This document shows positions 1 through 12,280 of a stretch of DNA of 64,000 nucleotides, one piece after another (within the stretch, counting starts at the first letter, position 1; each line of letters starts with the position of its first letter). A program made the translations under genes and the position numbers. The DNA is from Octopus vulgaris (Eukaryota). The DNA is taken from the NCBI GenBank assembly GCA_951406725.2, contig OX597819.1, forward strand, positions 73,532,001-73,596,000, given 5' to 3'. The notes under the pieces were generated by a model. It made no database searches and was not told the DNA's origin. It saw nothing but the letters and a program-made list of their open reading frames with translations.

Positions 1-149
1 CATGGTAAAAAATGGACAAAAGCGATTTATTTATGGATATAAACATAATACAAGTAATGGTTGTTAACTATTTCTCACGCTGCCCAAAACCTTCTCCATT
101 TCACCAGCTGCACTTCTTGAGAGTCATGTTTCTTAGTCATCTGATATTC

Positions 150-365
150 TATTCTACTCTATGTACAAGGCCTGAAATTTTGGGGGAGTGGGAGCGGGCA
201 GTCGATTAGATCAACCCAATATACAATTGGTACTTAATTTATTGACCCTGAACAGATGAAAGGCAAAGTCGACCTTGATGGAATTTGAACTCAGAATGTA
301 AAGGCAGACGATATACTGCAGCATTTCGCCTGGTGTGCTAACATTTCTGCCAGCTCGCTGCCTTA
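150..365 (-). mobile_element. Family-B SINE (other copies at ~9949-10160, 13362-13572, 18030-18435, 25040-25230, 27930-28110, 47545-47750)
   Basis: Reverse complement of the 28944 copy. Confidence 0.8.
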
Positions 366-519
366 CATTCTTCTGATATTACCAGTTGGAGGGATGAGGT
401 TGGTCATAGGAGTGAGGTCATGGATGTATTTGGACCAGTGGTCAGTTATGGCTGTGTGCTTTCAAGTAGATTTTCCAACTCTAGGGTCTCAGGTTCAGTC
501 CTTGTTTGCAAAACCTTAT

Positions 520-850
520 TTTTTACTTGTTTTAGTCATTAGTTTGTGGCCATGCTGGGACACCACTTTGAAGAAGCTTTCAATTGAATAAATTTACCCC
601 ATTACTTTTTTTTAAAGCCTGGTACTGATTCTGTTGGCCTCTTTTTGCCAAGTCACTAAATTATGGGGATGTAAACACACCAACACTGGTTGTCAAGTCA
701 TGGTGGTGGTGGTGGGACAAACAGATGTGTTTGCTCACATGCACGCTTACATTTGATGGGCTTCTTTCAGTTTCTGTCCATCAAATTGACTCACCTAGAA
801 CCATATGGTTGGGAAGCAAGCTTCCTACCACACAGCCATACCTACGCCTA
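520..850 (-). mobile_element. Family-A SINE (other - strand copies at ~3500-3862, 23497-23785, 25940-26270, 46340-46725, 53840-54110)
   Basis: ggccatgctggg...caccaacactggttgtcaag...gggcttctttcagtttc...ggttgggaagcaagc. Confidence 0.78.
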
Positions 851-2149
851 TAGATCAAATATCTTTTATGATAACTTAGGGTTAACTAGATCCTTGTAAG
901 TGAAATTGGGAACAAGGAACAGCCCCTTGAAAGGGTTGTTTCTCTTTCCTTGAGTACAAGCATTTATGTTTTGTGCCCTGTCTGAAGAGAACTATCTCTC
1001 ATGCCTCATGGAGGCCCTGAAACATGTCTTAGGAGCTGCCTGCTAGTTTCCAACTAAGCCTATAAAAATGGAAAAGAAAAAGAGACAGTTATAGCCATTC
1101 TCTACAGTCCTGTAGTTTTAGGCCAATATACTTGAGTCAACCTAGACATCTCGTCACCACTATTTTTATCTCTTTCCATTTCTACCCTGATCACTTCACT
1201 TCTTTCTTCTAAAATGTAAGAAGCCATGTAACATCTCCACAGCAAGAAACTTGTTATTCCGTGGCTCTATCTCTCCCTATTTTAACCCCTTGTGTCTGAG
1301 TATGAAGTTACCCCCTTGAAGTTTGTAGTCTTGTAAAGTAGCATGGCAACCTCACTAGTACTGGTGCCATGAGAAAAAACAAAAAAACCTGTCTAGTACA
1401 TGCTGTAAAATGGTTGGCATAGGAACTCTGCTAAAGTAAAACCCAGCAGCATGATGCAGTCCTCGGACCCATCAGATGCTGTCAAGCCATCTGACCCATG
1501 CTTGTAGGAGTCAGATGGATGTTAAATGCAGATGATGTTAAGCTAAGAGAAAGGGGCTGCATTCATAACTTTTGCAGGGCTTCATCACCCCTCTGAGACT
1601 GATGGAAATGATGTCATCAGTATTCGTCTGTAACAATTGCAGGTAAGGGATTGTGGAGATATAACCCTTTGGTGAAGAAGGATTGGTGATGAAAGTGCTT
1701 AGTGTATGGCCTGGGTTTAGCATGGGGAAGACACAGTATGGGTGAAGGTGAGAGGAAGAGAAATGAGTTGGGTGGTGCAGAGTCATTTAGTTCTAAGGAG
1801 TGAAGGACACTGTCAGTGCAGTAGAAATGCCACAGAGAGGAGGCGGCATGTCTGTGTGACAGGACAAAAGTTGCACTTTGTTCTTAACTGACTCCATACT
1901 AATTAGTTGGCTAATTTTGTTTTGGATGTAATTAGATCAAATCAATTAATTACAGCTGTCTTCCACTGTAAAGTTGTTCCTTTTTTTTATTGTTTTATTT
2001 CTGTTTTTGTCTACTCAAGGCCTGTGGAGTTATTCTGTTATGTGTTTCAGCCCTAAGGTTGTGGCCATGCTGGGGCAACACAAATGTGTGGCTGAAATGT
2101 TAAAATGTTAACATCCAATGCTTTGTTGTATTTGCCTTCACCCATATTC

Positions 2150-2300
2150 AGAGATGTGGTCCAGTGGTTAGGGTGTTGCATTCATGATTGTAAGATCTTG
2201 GTTCCAATTCCCAGACCAGGCTGTGTGTTGTGTTCTTGAGCAAGACACTCCATTTCATGTTACTCTAGTTCACTTAGCTGTAAATGAGTTCCAGCAATAG
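2150..2300 (+). mobile_element. tRNA-derived SINE family C (related copies at ~34938-35075 + and ~51075-51182 -)
   Basis: tggtccagtggttagggtg...ggttccaattccc...ttcttgagcaagacact...catttca...agctg. Confidence 0.65.
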
Positions 2301-3926
2301 TTGGGAAGTTTACTCTGCTATGGACTTGTGTCCCATTTAGAGGGAATGTTGTAATCGTTCACTTATACACCATGGAAACTGAGTGAAGCCCCAACCAAAT
2401 GAGTTCTTGGGCTCAAAACAGGCCTAAATCTAAGTCATGTTCTGAGATAAAATACCACCAAAATTGGAATTTATCACATCTTTCTATTTCCTTAGAATAA
2501 TGAAACAAGTACTGGGTACCTGTTATGTACTGGGAGTTAGTTTGGTTGACTATACTCCCAACTGCTCGGCCTACATGTCGGCCTACATGTGTTTTCTACA
2601 GATTTATGGCCTTTTTTACCATTACTACAAGCTAATATGTTCGCATCAACATTTAGTGTCTCAATCAATCTGCTGGTGCCATGAGTCTGGCTCTTTTATT
2701 AATTCCTGTTTATATTCTTGCTTTCTTTGGTCTCTGAAATCACTGATTTCTCAACACTGCACCTGCTTATCTACAACTGATATTTCATATCAGCACCATC
2801 AGCTCTGATGGTTTCTTTAATTCTCCTTCACTTAAATATGGAAGATACTCTTATTTCGCTTCTTGGGAATTTTTTCCCTCACTTTCTTTGCACTACTCTC
2901 CCCACCTCTCTCTCTAGCTCCCTCTCTTCCCATTATCCTTTAATGTCTGTTTTCATTGCTGTTTTCATGGGTTGGATGGTTTGGCAGGATCCAATGAGCC
3001 ACAGGGCCGCATGCTTTAGTACAGTTCTTATGACTGGATGCTCTTTTTAATGTCAACCACTTCATAGTGCATGCTGTGTGCTTTTCTTCAGGATAGCATT
3101 GGGCCTGATGGAGGTGAGTTCCTTTTGAGCATTGGGCCTCACGGATGCAAAATGGCTGAGTTCCTTCCAAATGTAGGGCCTCACAAAGGCAATGATCGAG
3201 ACCTTTGGCATTATGTTGTGCTTGAGAAGAAGGCCCATAAAATCGCAGTCGTGGCAGATACCGGTGTCACACAAATGGCAACTGTGCCAGTGGCACTGAA
3301 AAAGCACCCATTACACTCTTGGAGTGGTTGGCATTAGGAAGGGCATCCAGCTGTAGAAACCATGCCAAATGAGACTGGAGTCTGGTGCAGCCTTCAAGCT
3401 TGCCAGCCCTGGTCAAACTGTCCAACCCATGCCAGCATGGACAATGGACATTAAATGATGATGATGGTGATTATGATGATGATATATCTATCTTGTCTTC
3501 GTCATTAAACTGTGGCCTTGAAGAATTTTTAGTCTAAGGAATCAACTCCAGTACTTAATTTTTTTAAAAGCCTGGTACTTATTCTATCAGTTTCTGTTGT
3601 CAAACTGCTAAGTTATGGTGACTTAAACACACCAACACCAATTGTCATGCAGTGGTGGGGGCACAGATATTAAGACACGCACACTCATAAATATATTTGA
3701 ACATATATTTGACAGGCTTCTTTCAGTTAACATCTCCCAAATCTACTCAAGGCTTTGGTTGGCCTGAAGTTACAAAAGACATTTACCCAAAGTGCTATGG
3801 AGTGGGACTGAACCTGGAACCATGTTAGGAAGCAAATTTTTTTTACCACACAGCCACACCTTGCCTCTGTGTGTGTATGTGCTTGTGAATATATATATCC
3901 TTAAATCCTTAAAAATGTTTTAGCCC

Positions 3927-4258
3927 ATATTTGAATAAAAGAAGGGTAAAGATACCGCTTGCTAAAAATCAAAGCGAAAGCTTCAGAAAGCCACCAATTC
4001 TACGATAAATACACACACGAGCAATGTAATGAATATTTTAGAAAATAGGCCTACATTCAGGATGGAATTTGAAGGCAGTTTTAATATGCATTAATATGTA
4101 TTAAAACTTACTTCAAATTCCATCCTGAATTTCATCCTATTTTCTAAAATATTCATTACATTGCTTGTATGTGTATTTATCGTAGAATTGGTGGATTTTT
4201 GAAGCTTTTGCCTTGATTTTTAGCAAACGGTATCTTTATCCCTCTTTTATTCAAATAT
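3927..4258. repeat. 332-bp imperfect palindrome with no spacer
   Basis: atatttgaataaaa... pairs with ...ttttattcaaatat around a central ttaa at 4091-4094. Confidence 0.93.
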
Positions 4259-4349
4259 TTTATATTATACCTGTTTAGGTAGAAGTCTTGCTAGCCACCT
4301 CATTATTACTGTTTTTAACAGTAATAATACTTCACATATTTACTTTTAT

Positions 4350-4382
4350 ATTTATATATATATATATGTTAAACGATGATGA

Positions 4383-4440
<58 letters not shown>

Positions 4441-4477
4441 ATGTGTGTATATGTGTGTGTATATATATATAAATGTG

Positions 4478-4510
<33 letters not shown>

Positions 4511-4513
4511 GTA
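4350..4513. repeat. Compound (TA)n/(TG)n microsatellite
   Basis: Read directly; similar tracts occur at 20970-21070, 51880-51970 and 54715-54830. Confidence 0.95.
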
Positions 4514-5149
4514 TAAGACTTAACAAACTTTAACAGAGTACATACACAAATAACTATTCACACACAATTTTCATTCTGCCACATATCATGAGGAAACTAC
4601 ACAGCCAACAACCTAAACTTTAGCCACTGGATTACATACAAATGACTTCTGTCCACTCTCCCACCTGGCAGATTAAATTTGGAGTGCCTTGATTGTAACT
4701 AAACAGGTTCACTCAACCATGTTGGCCTTTATTTTAAGCACAAAATATTCTGTCACATGACATTAACTGCACGGATGTAGCAGGGAAATATACAAAATGT
4801 TCTAAACTTGAAGCACACAATCATTCTCTCCAAACACTTGACAGAAAACATTCTGAGCATTGATTGTTGACATAGGGGAATCTACAAAAATTTCTTAGAC
4901 TGTTCATGTGACTATCCTCTGTGAATCAAGTCCTATTCAAAACATATACTAATTTGAGCCATGAACTCCCTATAAAAATAGGGCAAGCTTCAAACAGTTG
5001 TCAGTAGCAAGACAGCTGTGACATAAGCTATGTCTTTCTGTTTCAACCTTTTTGAAAATCAGTGTAAACTGTGAAACCAGTTAAATCTCTAAATATATAA
5101 ATAAAAAACAATTTTAACTATTCTCAGTGCATTTTCAACTTCTATTTTT

Positions 5150-5192
<43 letters not shown>

Positions 5193-5229
5193 CTGAGTGA
5201 GGTATAAACGTAGCTGCACGACATTGTGA

Positions 5230-5426
5230 AGTATATTTGCCACATAAGTGTGGCTAACCCTTAAGGATTGATGCTACTGTAGCTTGTAGCCCCAGGAAGA
5301 CATTTCTTTCAGCTGGCTGCTGACACAGAGTGTCAATAGCCAGCTGGAGGAGATGTCTTCTTGGGGCTACAAGCTACAATAGCATCAATCCTTAAGGGTT
5401 AGCCACATTTATGTGGCAAATATACT
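5230..5426. repeat. ~197-bp inverted repeat with a 3-nt loop
   Basis: agtatatttgccacataa...tgacac aga gtgtca...ttatgtggcaaatatact. Confidence 0.93.
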
Positions 5427-5455
5427 ACACACACACACACACACACAAACACACG

Positions 5456-5664
5456 TAGTAATCCCTCCACTATCGTGGGTGTTATGTTCCAAAACCTCAC
5501 ACAGAAATAATTAAAATCTAAAAAGATATAAATGCCTATTGGCCACAGAAACCCGGATATACTGAGGAGTCCACAATATAAATTTACAAATATTAGTCAG
5601 AAAAATCTGCGATGTACTGAGTGCACACAATAGGTAAGCCATGATATGGCAAGTGGCTACTGTA
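5456..5664. mobile_element. Tigger/pogo-like MITE
   Basis: Degenerate TIRs agtaatccctccactatcgtgg / ccatgatatggcaagtggctactgta with a TA end. Confidence 0.45.
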
Positions 5665-8600
5665 CAGCTCATCATCATCATCATTGTTTAAATGTCTACA
5701 TCAGATAGAATTTGTTGAGGTAAATTTCGTATGGTCTGATGCCTTTCCTGTTCACCACACTCACCTGTTTCCAAGCGATGTATTATTTTCCCCATGACTA
5801 GACATGTTTTTCATGGATGACTGGAAATAGACAATGCTGCTTCTATGATAGTAATGCTCATATACAATCATCACACGATAGCTAGGCATGAGTACACACA
5901 TATACATACACACACACACAAAATATATACATGCATACATACAGACACAGACAAACACTCTCACTCTCTCTCTCAATATATTCGCGTTTCTGTCCACCAA
6001 ATCCACTTTTAAAGTTTTGGATGACTCAGGGTTGAAAACACTTGCTTGAGATAGCACACAGTGGAACTGAAACCAAAACCATGTGGTTGGGAAACAAACT
6101 TTTTACCAAACAGCCATGCTGATCAGAAAAGTTGATTAAAGATGATTGAAATGTATTGACAATTAAGGTGAAATCCTTGAGATTTGATTAATATTGATTA
6201 TGTAACATTGATTTTTATTGTAGATTATGTAATATTGGTTATCAGAGAATTATTGTTGCTGTGTTTATATTTTGGTCTAAATTGACTTATATTGCGTCAT
6301 TGCTTCGTTGTCGGTGAAAACAAATTTCCAAGTTTAGTAACAGTTTTGATTATTGAAGTGTCAGAGAAATGGGAATCAATTAGGAAAAGGTTTTGATCTC
6401 AGAGCATTGCTCTGTCTCTCCTTATTGTTTGTTCTGCACCAAAAAAAAAAAAAAATGAAAAAAAAGTAATAATTCGTTATCTTGCAGACAGATGTATTGA
6501 TTGGTTACATAAATTGGAGGTTTAAAGGATAAGGAAACTTATAGATTTATAGAGTTTATAGCTATAAAAGCTTAACAAGGTTATTTTAAAGATTGCATTT
6601 CTGTGCAGTCTGGACAAGGAAGTAAAGAAAGGTAAATCAAGTGCATTGATGGTAAAAAAAAATAAAGGAAGTTATTTTATCATCATCATCATCAGCGTTT
6701 TATGTCCATTTTCTGTGCTGGCATGGGTTGGAAGATTACCGCAGTCTGAGTCATTTCTTAGTCGGGCTATTGTTCAGAACACTTTTATTAATGTATCTCT
6801 GTTAAGACACATGACTTTTGTTTCATTTAATTGTAAAAATAATGAAGAATTTTTGTAAACTAGCTCATTATTAATCTGGCGTTTGGAGTGTAAATTAGCA
6901 GGCAATTTTGATGGAAGCTTTTAAGTCACTTCAAAACAAGAAGATTTTATCATAGAACTAAGGGGTGTTCTCAGGTGAGTTGGTATGAAAGGGAGAAAAA
7001 CTTGGTCTTATCAGTATTATTTGCTTTGATTTCTATGGCTTGATACCTTTCCTATCACCAACCACTTTATACAATGTATGGAATATTATTAGTACCAGAC
7101 TGATTAGTAACCTAAGGTGTGTAAATCAGAAGTGGTAGAGTTGAGATTTGAGTGAGATTTGGCTGCTATTTGTAGCTGGTCACATGACCACACACATTCC
7201 TCCTTAGCTTGGAAAGTGTTGTATTTAGGTAAAGCTCATCCTTGTTTTCTTGTTTGTAAATTATTCAGTTAACCACCTTTTTTGGTTTGAATTATCAATC
7301 TAACAACACAGGCCTTGATTTGCCATAAGCACTACCAGTTAACGGAATATCTGCAATTGTTTGGTGCTGGATGCTAAACTAGCAGAAACAACAGTTGTCT
7401 GTCAACTAGGACTGACTGTGTCCTCAGTTGAGATCTTTTGGGAATAGATTTGATCTCTGATTCTTCAATGGATGATAAAAATAACTATCAATAGTGTAGT
7501 GGGTTTGTGTTGGTTTGCAGGCAGTTTCATTGGACCATTTTGTTTCCCTTGCCATATTTTGGTCTAGTATCTAATCAAACTCCAACTTCTGTTTGCATTG
7601 TGCTACATGAGGAAATATACCTCTTTATGGTTCTTATTTATAACTTGAAGGATTAATGAGTTGAGGATGCTTTGTCAAGGAACACTGATGCTTTGTTGTT
7701 GATAGAAAATAAACCATTGACCCTTTGGCAGATATTAGCATTCAAATAGAAGAGATAATGGTAAAGAGGACGCAAGTAGTTTTTTCTATAGCTTAATGTC
7801 AGCTAATTAGAAAGTGTCATGCTTTTCCTCTTTTGCAGACTTGTTGTATATAGAGTACAGCCTCTTTTATTGATTCTTTGATTTTTGTTGAAAACTTTAT
7901 CCTCTATTTGTTTTGTATATTTTATATTTTTAACCTTCAACCTACCCATCTAAAAATTGTCACATTTCGGAAAGTAACTAGCTCACAGCTGATGCACTTT
8001 GGCAGCGTTTATTTCCTTTTCATTGGCTTGTAAAATAGATGTAAAAAAATTCTATCTTACTAAAAAATTTCTTTATTTCTATTATTTATTTAAAATCTTT
8101 AATATATATATATATATATATATATGAAGTATAAGGAAAGGAAAAATTGTAGGTGTAGACAATCTTTAATTCATAATCCACGTTAGTACAGAACCAATAT
8201 ACATTTTACTGTACCAATGGACTTGGATGTTTGACATCCCTTTGAAAGATTTCGGTCCCCACCTCTTGTATGTATGTATGTATTTCGTTTTTGTATCTGG
8301 TTTGCAAGATTCTTATATATATCAGTGTAGTTCTTTCTATTTTTATTTAAATTATTTTAGGAATGGTATATGTTACTTTTTCTATATTTGTTATTTTTCA
8401 AAAATAACTTTTTGCAATTGACTTCTCTGCTGTAAAAAAAATACCTGAAAGATGTTATATTTTATTCGTTCCAGTGTAAAAGAAAACCACTTTTAGTCTT
8501 CAGGCTGCATAGCTGTAATCTAAGTTATTGTCTTGGTAATAACAGAGTTGTGTGTGTATTTATTTATCATCATTTAATGCCTACTTTCCATGCTGGTATT

Positions 8601-9552
8601 GGTTGGATGATTGACAGTATCCAGCAAGTCACACGGTTGTGTTGAACTCCAGTGTTACTTTTGGAATGATTTTTACAGCCGGATGCTCTTCCTACAGCCA
8701 ACCATTTTACCGAGTGTACTGGATGCATTTTTCATACCACTGGCACTAGATGTAGTGTGCAAGAGAGAAGACTGTGCTGGTTTAGTCATGTGAAACATAT
8801 GGAAGTAGACAGTTGCATAGCAGATGCCAGTCACTTCAAGTGGGTGGAACTTATGGAAGAGGGAGACCCAGGAGGGCATAGGGTGAATTATTGAAGGCCA
8901 GCCTCAAGACACCGAGCCTTATGAAGCAGGTGACAAAGGACCGAGATATTCGGTAACTTGGTGTACCGAAGACCTGTGCACCACAGCAGAAAGGATTCCA
9001 ATGCTGGTGCCACATAAAAATCACCCAGTACACACTGTAAAGTGGCTGGTGTTAGGAAGGGCATCCAGTCATAGAAACCATACCAGAACAGACAACAGTA
9101 TGTCCCCTGGCCTTACCAGCTCTGGTCAAACCATCTAACCCATGCCAGCATGGAAAACAAATGTTAAATGATAATGATGACACACATGGATGTACAACAT
9201 GGATGGAGAATTATGCATCCTCAAAATTTATTTGTTACACTCTTAGATTTGCATTAAATTCCAACCCGACACGTGTTTCTGCTGCATAAGTGTCCTAATG
9301 TCCTCTGAGGTAGCGTTTATGGGCTGTTAATTAATTCAGTTGCAGTCCATATCCTTCCAGGGTAGACATTCCTATGCAGCTCCGTTCGAGGACTTATCCC
9401 AAACCAGTATGAAATCCAAGGAAGCAGGCTCAGGATTCATCTATCAAGTGGAGTATTGTGTAATTGTTAATTTGAACAACTTTATGTGTTCCCCATCTGG
9501 ATTAGTGCTAATAAGGTACTTACCCAAATTCAGGGTCCTTATTCCTTTGTTT

Positions 9553-9591
<39 letters not shown>

Positions 9592-9786
9592 TGTATTGTG
9601 GCTGTATGTTTCTTTACATTTACACTTGCTTTAAAAGTTGCAAGCTATGAACGAGAATGTCATCGTTGTTACTTCTGTCCGCTCATTGTTAAAATAAGGG
9701 ATCTCTTCCTTGACAAAAGAAGGTTTTGTAACAAGTAGGGCATCTGGCTGTAAAACAACACTTCAAGTCATTGTAGTCATCTAACC

Positions 9787-10339
9787 CAGAGGTTCTCAAA
9801 CTTCTTGGACCACCCCCCTACTCATGGCCACATAATACCCCAGCGCTACCACCCCTATTCTTATGCATAAATAAATATTTTATATTTTACTAATTTATAT
9901 ATACCATGAATCATTTGATATTTAATATAATATTATATAATTTATATTAAGGCATTGAGCTGGCAGAAACGTTAGCACTCCAGGCGAAATTCTTAGAGGT
10001 ATTTCGTCTGTCTTTACGTTCTGAGTTCAAATTCCACCGAGGTCAACTTTACCATTCATCCTTTTGGGGTCCGATAAATTAAATACCAGTTGATCTAATC
10101 TACTGCCCCCCCCCATCTCCAAAAATTCCAGGCTTTGTGCTTAGAGTAGAAAAGATTATTATAATTTGTATACAATACTATAATAATATTATAATAAATT
10201 CATAACTTCCCCCAATCCATTGCCTTCCTCCCGACACCTCCTTCTGCTCTACCATACCCTTAGGCACCAGTGCCCACCTGGACTGTTTCAATGCCCATGG
10301 GGGTAGGGGGGACGGTAGCACCCACTGTGAGAACCTATG
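9787..10339. mobile_element. hAT (Charlie-like) MITE containing a nested SINE
   Basis: TIRs cagaggttctca / tgagaacctatg; perfect 8-bp TSD ATCTAACC (9779-9786 and 10340-10347). Confidence 0.88.
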
Positions 10340-12150
10340 ATCTAACCCATACAAGTATGGAGAAATGGACATTAAAAAGCAAACAAATGAATAAATATGT
10401 GAAACTTAACTTCACTTCAGAGATTTCAGTATGTTATTGTTCACCTCTGCAAGAAATATTTCTGATATTCAAATAACCAGGTGACTTGCAGTTAGGTTTA
10501 ATTTGATTACAGAATTCCAAAAGTTACTTTTATTTATCACCCCACTGATAAGGATAGCAATCTCTCTCTCTCTCTCTCAAACACACATAAATCATCATCA
10601 TCATCATTGTTTTAGCATCCACTTTTCTGTGCTTGCATGGGTCAGACAGGAAGTTGCTGAGGCTGATCTTCTACCCTAGCTATCACTCTTTTTTTGGAGT
10701 AAGGTAATATTTTCCCATGGCCAGACATGTTTTTATAGAAGATTGGAAATGGATGCCACTTGCATGAGGGTGAGACTTGTTTATGACTATCATGTCATGT
10801 GGGAAATTGACATGCATACATGTGTATGCACACACACACAGGCCTTGATGGGCTTTTTTTCCAGTTTTTTCTACCAAATCTACTTGTAAAGGTTTTGGTT
10901 GACACTTGCCCAAGGTGCCACACAGTAGGACTGAACCCAAAACCATGTGGTTGGGATGCAACCTTCTTACCATACAGCCACATTTGCACCTGTAATTTAC
11001 AAATTTGTAAATATCTGAGAAAAATTTATAGGAAAAATTTGAAAGTTATAAAATAATGAGATTTCAAATATTAGGTTGTCCAGAAGGTTCTGAATGTTTT
11101 TTAATATGCAAGAGGGATATAAATAATTGACTCTTCAATAAATTGGTACACTGTACGTGCAGTTTTAGTTTACAAGTTTCTCTGGAAATTTTATGAAGCA
11201 AGATGGCATCATTAAAACAGCAAAAAACCAAAGTATAAAAATGAAGAATTTTCAGTGAGTTTATTTTGCATTTTGGCTCTGACCCTCAACCTTATGCTAT
11301 ATGTCCTTATGTGCCATTTGTTAGTCATTTGAAAACTGTGAATGTTCAAGTAACTGTGGATCAATTAATAACACAGTTTCTTACATTACTCAGACCATTT
11401 TCAGATTTTAGGATAAAATAATTTTTTTTTTCCAAAACTACATTTGTTAAGAAACTGCAGTGGTTTTTCTCAATCTCTGTAGGAGAGTCAGTATATTCCA
11501 TATAAGAACAAGCTTGGAGAATACAAAACTAAATTGCAAGAACTGATTAATGATTTCCTAGTTAGTTATGACAGCTTGAAGAAACTTTAAGTCCTCTTTT
11601 GATGGTGTCCAGTTCCTGGTTATAGAAGTATCTTTCTATGGAAATGGAACTAACAGAACTGTAACAGGATCTAAATCCACAAATCAACCAGTTTTTAATT
11701 GAGTTTCTGAAACAAATTCTAAAAATAAAATCCTTTGAACTGATAAAAATTAACGAGTGACTCAATTAATATTGCAACATACTCTCGTAGGTCACCGGAA
11801 TCTTTGATAAAATTTGTGAAATGGAAGCATGTTATAATCCACACAGATAAGCATTTGATGGAGATAATTTGACAAAATACCAGCCCAAATTTCCCATGAC
11901 TCACAACCAAGACGGACACCCACGTGACTGCTCTTCATAGTAAGCAACTTAGCCTCATAACCAGGGCATTGTTTATCAAAAATATTATGATAAGACTAAT
12001 TTTGGACAAAGGCATTTCATGAAAGTATCTCTAATTTTATTGATTTACTTTTATATATTATATATTTAATATTGAATTTCTAAATCAATATAGAAATAAG
12101 AAATATTGAATTTCTAAATCTCTTGTAGAGACCTGTACGGTGGTGGGGCG

Positions 12151-12280
12151 ATAGAATGGTTGTATACTGTCAATCTAACAAGAACGTGACAGTAGGGGGT
12201 ACACCTCCTAGGGCTATACAACGGTGGTGTACCCCCTACTGTCATGTTCTTGTTAGATTGACAGTATACAACCATTCTAT
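12151..12280. repeat. Inverted repeat with 55-bp arms and a 20-nt loop
   Basis: Arms 12151-12205 and 12226-12280 differ at one position, which is a G-U pair in + strand RNA. Confidence 0.95.

Noticed and set aside
4560-5130. Possible GIY-YIG/Penelope remnant (ECLDCN)
   Set aside because: Only a CxxC motif is visible; too decayed to support by eye.
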